Origin: Vermamoeba vermiformis | Taxonomy: Eukaryota | DNA: 64,000 bases | Assembly (NCBI GenBank): GCA_045837725.1 | Contig: JBEWZL010000179.1 | Span: 124,001-188,000, forward strand | Direction of reading: 5' to 3' | In this document: in pieces, positions 51,546-61,813 of the stretch | How the letters are laid out: every line of letters begins with the position of its first letter | How positions within the stretch are numbered: the stretch's first letter is position 1 | Translations under genes and position numbers: made by a program | Notes under the pieces: model-generated | Told to the model about the DNA's origin: nothing | Seen by the model: only the letters and a program-made list of their open reading frames with translations | The model's database searches: none

Positions 51546-51779
51546 ATGAGCAGTCAAGACAACCAAGCGTTGTTAGCGCAATCTAATACAAAAAGTATTG
51601 ACAACAAAGCAAATATTAAAGACGAAGAAAGTCTGCTTCCAAAGAAACAAGGGATCGACTGGGAATTTGTTTGGGAAGAAATTAAGTGATATTGTAAATA
51701 CTCAGGTCCTGTCATTATCTTCGTAGCTATTGTAGTAATAGTATGTATATGTGTAATTGTCTTTATGACGAAGAAATAA
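51546..51779 (+). CDS. Putative new 77-aa tail-anchored selenoprotein (UGA at codon 48)
   Basis: MSSQDNQALLAQSNTKSIDNKANIKDEESLLPKKQGIDWEFVWEEIK-TGA-YCKYSGPVIIFVAIVVIVCICVIVFMTKK-TAA. Probable 5' UTR intron at 51388-51539, SECIS-type hairpin and AATAAA downstream. Confidence 0.75.
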
Positions 51780-51811
51780 CGAGATCTGAGCTCAACTTTC
51801 CTATCACTTAC

Positions 51812-51885
51812 GAGTTATTGGCTATGACGACGCTCAATATAATCCATTAATAAGGACATTGATGTGCTCTGATAATAGATAACTC
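51812..51885 (+). promoter_or_regulatory. SECIS element (type II-like)
   Basis: Helix I GAGTTATT/GATAACTC; core ATGAC (51824-51828) opposite TGAT (51870-51873); helix II including TCAAT/ATTGA; unpaired AA (51841-51842); apical mini-stem TCC/GGA. Confidence 0.75.
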
Positions 51886-52004
51886 AACAATGTAAATAAA
51901 TTATTTTAGTGTTGGTCTTGCAGTGGTATTATTTAAATTAAATTTGGAAAAGAAAAGGAGGAAAAAAGGGGAAAAAAAGGTCAACGGTGTTGTGTCTTGC
52001 GCAG

Positions 52005-55000
52005 TCGTCGATCCACCGCATCTGCACTGGTCAGATCATCGATGGCATTGCTATGGCCGTGAAAGAATTAATTGAAAATAGTATCGATGCAGGAGCTACG
52101 ATGATAGGTAATTATTCATTAAATTGGCAATTTTTACAACAAATTAATATTATATAATTCCTTTTACCCCTTTACTGCATTGCTCAATGTTAAATTAACA
52201 ATATAATAATTAATTATAAATAGAAATAAGAATAAAGGACCATGGAGGAGACTCCGTTGAGGTGGCAGACAATGGCTGTGGTATCGATCCTGAAAATTAC
52301 GCCAATATTGGTAATTATCGATGACGAAGACATGAATCGTATTTAACGCTTTAATATAATAATAGCACGCCTTCATTGTACTTCTAAACTTCAGTCATTT
52401 GAAGATCTGACATCACTGCAATCTTTTGGCTTCAGAGGTGAAGCTCTTAGTGCCCTCGCTGCCCTATCGGAACTCACTATCACTACACGTACTGCCAAAC
52501 AAGCCAAAGCTACTAAACTTACCTTTGATCATCACGGTAGAATAAATTTTATTGCTGGATCCGTTCAAATAATTCCTAATAATTTTTGTAGGTGAATTAC
52601 AGAGTCAAGAAGCTACTAATGGTCGACCAGGCACTACAGTATGCTTCAAAGATTTTTACAAAAATATTCCAGTGCGTTATGCGACCATGCACCAGAACAT
52701 CAAAAAAGAATTCGCGCGCTTGCAGTTCATCATTCAATGCTATGCAATCATTTGCACTAAGATTAAGTTCATAGTATTCCATCAAACGAAGAAAGGGTAC
52801 GTTATTTAATTACTAGAAGTTAAATGCTAATTTTTTTCTAGGAATCGAGTGCGCATTTTACAAACCAACGGAACCTCGTTAAAAGACAATATTAGCTCAG
52901 TATTTGGTCCTCGATTAGTCCAATCAATGGTAGAAATCAAAGATCAAAACGAAATTTGCAGGTAAGTTTTTTGTTGGATCTGTTTTATTCAACGGTACTC
53001 AATTAATCTCTTGCCTATAGTCTGAGTGGCTATGTATTGTCAGGCGATTCATTTACCAAAACAGGAAATAATACGTGGAAGCCGACGACGGGCAATCAAT
53101 GTCAGTTCATATTTATCAACAAACGACCGGTGGACATACCTAAACTCAGCAAGGCTATTGCAGAAGTGTACAAGTCCTTTTTTGGCAAGACAGGACAGCA
53201 AAATCAACCGCCACCGCCAGCTTATGTTATCAACTTTGAACTGCCAACAGACGCGTACGACATTAACATCACACCTGACAAACGCACGGTGATGGTGCAC
53301 CAAGAGAATGAAATCATTGAAGTTGTGCAGCACTTGTTGCATCGCGTGATTGAACCTGCTCAAGGCGCGTATTCAGTGAACCAAGGAGACGATGAGGATC
53401 AAGAACACGAAGATATTTTGGGTGTGGATGACGAGAAAAAATCTGAAACGAAGAGCTCGAAAGAAGAGAAAAATAAAACGAGCGAGAAGAGCAAGGGACA
53501 AAATAAGAACAACAATTCAGGAGACGTTAAAGTACTTAGTCCTGCTGAAGAACGAGCGAATATGATCAATTCACTGAAACAAAAACTGAAGAAAAGTGGC
53601 GAGACGAAGAATGGCGCGAGGAGTAGCGATGAGCCGAAGAGCGACAGCATTGTTGAAAGCATTGTGAACGAAGACAAGAAAAAGAACAAAAAAGACAAGT
53701 TGACATTGAACAGCGACGGAGACTTGAGCGACAGTATTTACAACAACGTCAAAGAAAAATCACCGTCTGCAAAGTCCAAAAAACAATTAAAAATTGCAGC
53801 AGCCGCTTTGCTCGGAGATTCCGAAGACAGTTCAGAAGACGTCATTAGCAAGCTGTTGAAACTTTCGGGCAGCGAGAACTCAGACATTAAGCGGCTGAAT
53901 GAAAGTCAGTCAATGGACTTGAGTGGATTCCAGAGTGGCGGTGACAGCGACGAAGTGATTGATGACTTGAGCAAGTTAGAAGACGACGATCAAGTCGCGC
54001 GTGCAGAACAAGCGAAAAGAATGAAACAACAGTTGTTGTTGAAGACAGCTGTCACTGGTCCCAGTCCCTTCTTTGCCAAGCCCGCCGCGCAAACTAAACA
54101 AGTTGACAAGAGCCAGGACGAGGAAGAAGACTTGTTGAAGAACCCGCCTGTCATGTCAATTGAGGCCCTCGGCAAGGGCTCGAAGAAGAGCAAAGCGTTC
54201 CCTGTTCGATTGCACGCGTCAGCCAGCGAAGGTAGCGAAGAGTCATTGCCAATCGAGGCTAGCGAGTACGCGGCATTTAAGACTGGAAATGTCAAACCTG
54301 CCAAGTTTAAAATCGACAGCAGTGCCACGAGTGAGATGGAAAGCGAAGAAGAGCCACCAGTGGTCAACTTATTTAGACAAAATAAGCTCAAGAATAGCAA
54401 GGACACAACACTCAGTGCCAGCAACGAGTTAAAGAAGAGCAAACAAGAGGACAGATTGAAAATGATCGAGCAGCTCAAGTCCAAAAAGACAGGAAGTGTC
54501 AATAATAGCAGCAGCAACAACACTAATATAAATAATGCGCCGTTGAAATTGAGTGTCACACTGACCGACTCAACAAGTGTCAAAGTCAGTGCAAAAGACA
54601 CTAAGAAATCGAGTGAAAAGAACGAGCCATCTTGCTCACATGACCACGAGCACGATGACAAGGTGGAAGTGATTGAATTCACTGACGGCAATTCTGAAAT
54701 GTTGAAAAAGCATTTCGACTATGAGGCCAGCAATGACGATGAAAGTGATGAAATGAATGCGAACAATAATCAAAATGGATTCAAAACGACTGGATATACC
54801 TTGGACAAAAAAGGGTAAATATGGTTCTCTATTGTATTATTTAAGGTTTACTTGCTAACATTGTGTTCGATCAGCCGACCTGTCGTTGATTTCGAGATTG
54901 GGTATTATACTGAAAAATTCAAAGAAAAACAACGCCAAGCGAGACGCAATGCGAAAAAGAAGGCGCGAGATATGCCTGCAAGAAAATTTTTCACGCGCAT

Positions 55001-55975
55001 GACCAACTCGAGCTCAGATGAAATTGAACGTGAATTAACAAAGCAAATCACAAAAGCTGATTTTGAGAAGATGGAAATTATTGGTCAATTTAACTTGGGC
55101 TTTATCATCGTGAAGCTCGGCAACGATTTGTTCATGGTGGATCAGCACGCTGCGGATGAAAAATACAATTTTGAAGTGTTGCAGACAACGACTAAGATGA
55201 ACTTGCAAAGAATGCTCAAGTAAGGCTATATACATACATATGTATGAACGTGTCCTAATTAATGTTCGAAACAGACCGATGGATCTAGAACTGAGTCCTG
55301 TGGACGAGATGATTGTTATGGATAACTTGGAAGTGTTTCGAGCGAATGGATTTGACTTTCAAATCGATGAAGATGCAGCACCAACACAACGGCTCAAACT
55401 GATTGCTTATCCCTTCAGTAAAAACACAGAGTTCGGCGTGCAAGGTAATAACGTTGTGAGGCTATTCAACATGAAAACTAACGACTCTTATTAGACGTGC
55501 ATGAGATGATTGAGCAGCTCAAAGATCAGCCTGGCAAGATGGTGCGACTGTCGCGTGTCAGTGCCATGTTTGCATCACGTGCTTGTCGCAAGTCTGTCAT
55601 GGTGGGCACACCGTTGAATAAGGATCAAATGAAGAAAGTAAGTAGATCTATACGACTATAATATGGTATTAATGCTATGATCAGATTATCAAGCATATGG
55701 GCACGATGAAGGCCCCGTGGAACTGCCCGCACGGTAGACCAACGATGAGGCACTTAGTGGACCTCAATTTCTTGCCTGGCACGGCCAAACCAGCACCGAA
55801 GAGCAAGCACAAATCAGCATTCCCGATCAGACCTTCAAGCGACTCGACGGGCAGTGACTCGATGGACGAAGATGAAGACTTTGTGTTGGGCAGGAACAAA
55901 CGGAAACGAGATCCGATGGAAGACAGCGACGAGGATGATTTGCGAGATAACAGCAAACGAAGGAGACGATTGTAA
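52005..55975 (+). CDS. PMS2: MutL-family mismatch repair endonuclease PMS2/PMS1 (start codon not located)
   Basis: [79 protein letters not shown] and [14 protein letters not shown]. Confidence 0.95.
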
Positions 55976-56123
55976 ATAATAATGATTGATAGTAAGTTGT
56001 AAATATAAACTCCGTTTATCATGATCACAAGTCCGCACGGCAATTTTCTGCCTTTTCCTCGTCCATTTCGACATAATTTGTATTAATGATAAACACATTG
56101 TAAATATTGTATAAAATATCAAT

Positions 56124-57122
56124 ATGCAAGAGGATATTCATGAAAAGCTGGACCAGGCGCTGGTAGAATATAATAAAACCTTGGATCAGTATCAAGAACT
56201 GCGATCGCAGCTTGGAGACGCCATGAAAAATGTAAATACATTTTATTTAGTACAAATATGAAGTTTGAATTGTTGCAAAGCATATTTCACGCCAGATCTC
56301 CGTCATGAAATATTTAATTAATTAAAAAACTGTAATGAATAATTATTACAATGCTGTTTAATTTCTCGTCTCGAAATATTAAACGATATAACGACAATTA
56401 TATAATTACTATTTGATAGGGTTTTTGGAACTTGTCTCGAGCTAGGAACGCTCTTCCCGCAGGATCTATCAACGAAAAACGCTACCCACCGACCATTGAA
56501 CCAATGGCTACTATTGAGTACGTGCAATTGTATTCTAATTATAGTTGAAATTTACGATGTTTCTTTACGAAAAATGCTGAGCGATCTTACCAATAATGTC
56601 CAACCCTTCAATAAATAGACGCCAATCTCCTTTCCTTCCTCACATTTTCACCAGATTAGACAACACTGGTTCGCATCCGACTTTAAGTTTAATACAAAAA
56701 CCAGCAACCGTCATATCTGAGGCAAGGACTGAAGGAGATGCTGATAGCAATAGAGAGACCAAGAAAGAGAAGGCAAAACCGCTCGATCCCGCGCAGTGGT
56801 TCGCGTACCTGCCTTCACCAGCGCTCAAACAATCTCAAACTAATTTTAAGACAGGTAAGTATACATAATTAATTAAGCCATCGCGATTGATCGGGCCTAC
56901 TATCCTCCTTATTTCCAAAAATGGTGCTTTATACCTTTGTTTTCCAGTCCAACTGTAAAACTAGTGCAATTTAAATATACGGGCCCGCATGCGGTATAAA
57001 TATTAATACGCTTTATTTCCACAGCTATAAATATCATTGTGCAGATCGCGAACATCAGTGTACGGCTCGAGTACTTAGCGGATGAGTACAGCGCCTTACT
57101 AGAGAAAAGCAAACAAATGTAA
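56124..57122 (+). CDS. CCDC115: V-ATPase assembly factor Vma22/CCDC115
   Basis: Coiled-coil N-terminus, GFWNLSRAR and DPAQWFAYLPSPALKQSQTNF. Confidence 0.8.
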
Positions 57123-57294
57123 ATAAAACCACTTTAACTTCAATAGAGGTATGTCATATACAGCGATTTATATAATGAGATTTCACTTCGAAGGATTTTA
57201 TTTACATTGAACTTTTTACATCTGATCAGATCGCAGGAATTTCAATTTCTGTGCCGTATTTTATCGCGGCAAGAAATAAATATTAATATACAAG

Positions 57295-59061
57295 TTAATT
57301 ATTAGTTGACCTAAAGTTCTGCAAGCGAGTTGAATATTCGGCGACTTCGGCGGTGAGCGGATGAGATACCCCGCCCATCTGATTAACGCTAAGTGGTAGC
57401 AGCGCGGGCGAGTAGTGCATAGAAGCATATGAGTGTTGATTCGTTAGTGTATGCGGCTGAACTGCGTACTGGTAGTGTTGATGTTGCGAGGATTGAGTGT
57501 AGCTATCCAGATGCGGCTGTTGCACCGAGTACTGCGGATAATAAGACAAGCCAATAGGCGCTAAAGTAGGCTGTGCTTCGAGAATAGAACTGGTGTAGCT
57601 ATACGGGACTGATTGCGGGAGCTGTCCCGATGATGTAGGAAAGTAGTCGGCTTGCCGTTCAGCCTCAGAGTATTCTTGCCACGTGCGGCTGTCATAGCTC
57701 GCAGGCACAGTGCTATAGTGGTACTGCGGTGCCGAACCGGTGGTTGAATAGTGTTGACGAGTGGCGTGCAAATTGACATTCGTTGCACTATGAAGCGGCG
57801 TGGCGTCAATTTTAATCTTTTTTGGGACTTGCTCTTGCTCCAAGCTCTCAAGGGATCGCTTTCGTGGTTTCGGCAATACGGCAAGCGGAGGACTTTCTTC
57901 GGATGATGAATTTTCTTCCGATTTACCGCTATTTGCCGAGCTTTTCACTAAAACTTTCCTTTCGGTCGGATCATCTTTTACCGAAGCTATTAACGGCGTA
58001 TTCTTGTCCTAAGAATTCAATGTTAGCGTTGATCATGTTAAGAAGATGAAGCGCGCGATCGAACCTGACATTCAGTGCAGACAATGAAAACAAAACTGCC
58101 CGTCGAGTACCCGTAGAGCTCTTCTAAGGGGTTGGAATTTAAGACTGTGCTTCCTTGGGGTGTGTGATTGCTATAAATCGGTAAAAATGTGCGTCAGTAA
58201 ACAACAACGTTTACTCGATCCAAATCGGGAGATTTCTTTGCGAAATTTTGCAATAGAAGGTGGCGTGTATTAGACGCGTGTACTTACAAGCAAAACGCAC
58301 GCGGACATCCAATGCATCTATAAATTTTTCCACGTGAGCTGCTGGTCTTAGCGAAGCAAACGCTGCATTTGTGCGCTGGACAGCCCCTAAGAACGAGTCG
58401 ATCAGTTAAGATCCGCAGAGTACCGCACAAAGCGGTATATATGATTCAAAAGAGCGTGTTTAATATTATTGAACCGAGGTTGACAGCAACTTATGCTCGC
58501 GCGAGTAAGGAGGATCCATTCCCCGGCGTTGTCCGTCAATCCACAATTACTTCGGAAATTCAGCTGATAAAACATTTATCGATTAAAACATACCATCTGG
58601 GTTTAGTAATAACTGTATCTGCTGGTAAGCAGTGCATGTGATAAGAACAAGGGCAGAAACTGCACTTGACAAGCTGGTCATCTGAACCACGACAAGTAAA
58701 ACAGACATTCTGGTGCTGTAGATGGTACTCATTAATACAGGCATTGAATTTTAGATTTCAAAAACGGAAAATCAAGACAATCAGATGTAAAATGGTTGTA
58801 ATTTAACTCTGGTACCATAATTACGCTAGAAGTTCGTAATACTCTGTATAATTTCCACTTACGCCGTTAATTCGCTTTTGTTTGGTTTTATCGGATGCTG
58901 TTCTGCTTCTCTTTTCCTAAAGGTTTAACGTTGTCAGATCGCGTTGCGTTCGTAAGAAAATATCGTTAAAAAGCTTTAATTAGCGGGCTAATACTCTGAA
59001 ACAGATGATTTCGATCGAAGCAGATGATCCGCACCTCTTTACATATCGTTGAAGCCATCAT
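57295..59061 (-). CDS. PHD/NSD-type Cys-His zinc-finger protein with a low-complexity tail
   Basis: Spliced HQNVCFTCRGSDDQLVKCSFCPCSYHMHCL..WGCPAHKCSVC..RCIGCPRAFC..H, then a Q/Y/S/P-rich exon. Confidence 0.8.
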
Positions 59062-59611
59062 TGCTGTTCTGCGGAAAGATCTAACTCGAGTTTTCCACTT
59101 GTGGCTTTGGATTGCTGAATATTAAAATAATTTAACTTTGTCCGCTTTCTGTTCTCCACCCGCGTTTATGGTCTAAAAATTCCTTAATTAGAAATCACGC
59201 GACATTTTCATCGTGTCCAACACGCTTCGAAACTGCTAAAATTGGAACGCAATTAATGTTTATGTTTAAATAACTATGTCAGACCAGCCAACCTCCATAT
59301 AATACCATATTCGAGTATGTACGGTGCGAAGACGGCCGTTCAACCTGTTTAGGCTTGCCGATATAAGGAAAAACGGCCGAAACCCTCCGCTCCGTCACAT
59401 CGATGGGAGGAGGTGTGTACTACGACCATTATATCGATTGGCACTTAATTAAGCTAATAACTTCGAATTCTCGCAGATCAGTGAGGGCGTCTGTCTGGTT
59501 CGTTGCAAATTGAGTTTCTGATAATCTTCCCGATAGAGACATACACACTTACTATTTATTGTTTTTTTCCTTTATTTTAATTATACCCACCGCTTACACT
59601 AGCTGCCACAA

Positions 59612-61487
59612 ATGGAACGAAATAGTGCTGGTAATTGTCCATCTAAAGTTCGATCGTGCATTTCTAACGCTCTAATAGCATTACAGCAAACGCAAGAAAT
59701 TGCTAATTTATTTACACGATACGGGGAAGACTTAGAAACTCTGGATCGTGACAAGACTTACAAATATCAGGTTAGAATTTAATTTCAAATTCTCCAATAA
59801 TTTTAAAAAATTCTGTTCACCTCTAAACTAATATAGTCATCACCCTCCAAGACGTTCTTAATTTAATCCTTATTAAAATAATTCAGATAAAATTCAGACT
59901 GCCGAATGACAAACCACTTGTCTTGAAATTCAACTTTACACCTAATTATCCTACCGATGAGCCACCAGTATTTACCTTACAAACACGATGGCTTAATGAT
60001 GAACAACTCGAAGTATTGAAGAATGCTTTAGTGCGAATTTTTAAAGAAGACACTGAAAAACGAGGAATAATAACGAATTGGGTCGAATGGTTCGTAACAC
60101 AAATTAAAATTTATCAAAGCGTGTTGAATCAAGAAGTACACGCGGCGTTAAAATTCATGAATTTAACTTTGCGATAAAATTAGATACTTTTTTTATTAAA
60201 TTTGCCAAATTCAGTAATTCGGCATTAATTTTATTAGTTTTTTTTCCAGTTTATCCTCTTTCCCAACTAATATTGTGTCATAGGTTAAAGGACAATGCTC
60301 TTCAAGCCTTGAATATAAATCCTTTAGAGTACGTATTAATGCGTTATTTCGGTTATTCCCATTTTATATTAACTTTTCGGCAAAAGATCCGCAGCGGTCA
60401 GTGACGATGAAGAAGAGGAAGAGAAGCTGATAGTCGTCCACGGCAACATCGCTAATGAAAAGAAAAGTAAGATTTCGGAATTATGTCAATTGACTTAAGA
60501 ATCGGGTTACTGATCGAGGTCAGATCGATTCCAAGCCCATCTATTCGAAATCAACACTATGGAGCACTGCAAAGCTGCACTGGCCGAGATCAAAACAATC
60601 AAAAAGTAAGTGCGAATCTGACTCTCGGGTTCTCCCGCAACCAAAATTGAACGACTTTATAAAGGGATGCGACCAGTCTTTCGTGGGCCTATTCACTAAA
60701 AGTCAACAATAATACGGTAAGTAATGTGATCGAGGCTGTTTTCCGGCCATCTTCGTACACCGGTAAAAGATTCCGTACGATTACCATATTAGGGAAAAGA
60801 TTCGATTGCGTTTTTGAACTTTGTCTAATACACATTTTAGAAAGAAGCCAAAGAAGACGATAAAGTTAAAGACGCAGGCTCTGCGGTATGTATAGAACTG
60901 ATGGTATATAAATGCTTTACTAATCTTTACCGTCACTAGATCTTAGAATTAATCCACAGCGCTGGAATTTGTAATGTATTAGTAGCTGTAGTGCTCTGGT
61001 CACAAAGCGACGACATAGCGGCCGATTCCGTCAAACACTTGACTCAGCACGCGAAGACTGTGCTAACAAATTTTTCTCGCGGTTTGACTGGTAAGTGACA
61101 CGCTTTGTCGGAAATTGTCCGATAATTTTATTTCTCGTAATAAAGTCACAACGCTGACCAAACAATGTTGACTTAGAGCGAAAAGAGAATAAGGCAAAGA
61201 ACAAGCCAAAGAAACAGTTCAGACCCACCGCGGATGTACTCAACAGACTCCGCCACGACTCCAAGTACAATCCAGAAGAGTTCTTAGTTGGATACGAGGA
61301 TCGGTATGCGCTCTTCTTGATACGTGTGCGTTACTGACTTAAGATCAGATTTGTGGGTATAAAAGAGATGAATTTGAAGGACTTCGATGCGCAGAGCGAC
61401 ATCCCGGTGCACCGCATCAGATATTTCAAGCGCAACGAAGATATCGTGTGGGATAGAAGAACGAAGCTCGATAAGATATTCTTTTGA
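59612..61487 (+). CDS. IMPACT/Yih1-like protein (RWD + degenerate UPF0029 domain) fused to a C-terminal MJ1316 domain
   Basis: RWD (FTPNYPTDEPP..WL..IITNWVEWL); KKNRFQAHL..ATSLSWAY..EDDKVKDAG..NVLVAV; then RPTADVLNRLRHD..LVGYEDRFVGIKE..DIPVHRIRYFK..IVWDR. Ends TGA. Confidence 0.8.
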
Positions 61488-61813
61488 ATTATGTGAATAA
61501 AAATTACTGAACAAAACTTTTTTTGGGGATATTCAGATGCTCTCTAGATCCAACCTGGATCCGTTCGTGTAAAAAAAATATTGTGCTAGCTAGCTTATCT
61601 AATCATGTTCATCGCCATTTAAATGCTATTCTCACTAAACGCTGATTAATCTCGCCCTGATCTCGCCTGTCCAAATTACGTGCCATTTACACCAGAAAAA
61701 TAAACGGAGCTTTCTTGTTTCCAATTAATATTTTTTGACCAGCCTTCTGCTTGCAACATCTTCTACCACAACTACCAAGTGAATTATCGCTGTTCTGCGC
61801 CTGCTGTACAGAG

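Noticed and set aside
51686-51705. 20-nt GT...AG micro-intron that would remove the UGA in the small gene
   Set aside because: Far shorter than the other introns in this window, and it shifts the frame away from the TM helix.
53049-54691. Long antisense ORFs opposite PMS2 (and similarly opposite Piezo and RPL13A)
   Set aside because: Shadow frames of low-complexity or codon-biased sense exons.
58757-58760. Apparent in-frame TGA upstream of the PHD exon
   Set aside because: It lies inside an intron; the acceptor CTACAG gives a clean phase-0 junction.
59323-59415. Hammerhead ribozyme (GAAGA-stem-GAAAC-stem)
   Set aside because: The core reads GCGAAGA rather than CUGANGA, stem registers are off by one, and the cleavage triplet would end in G.
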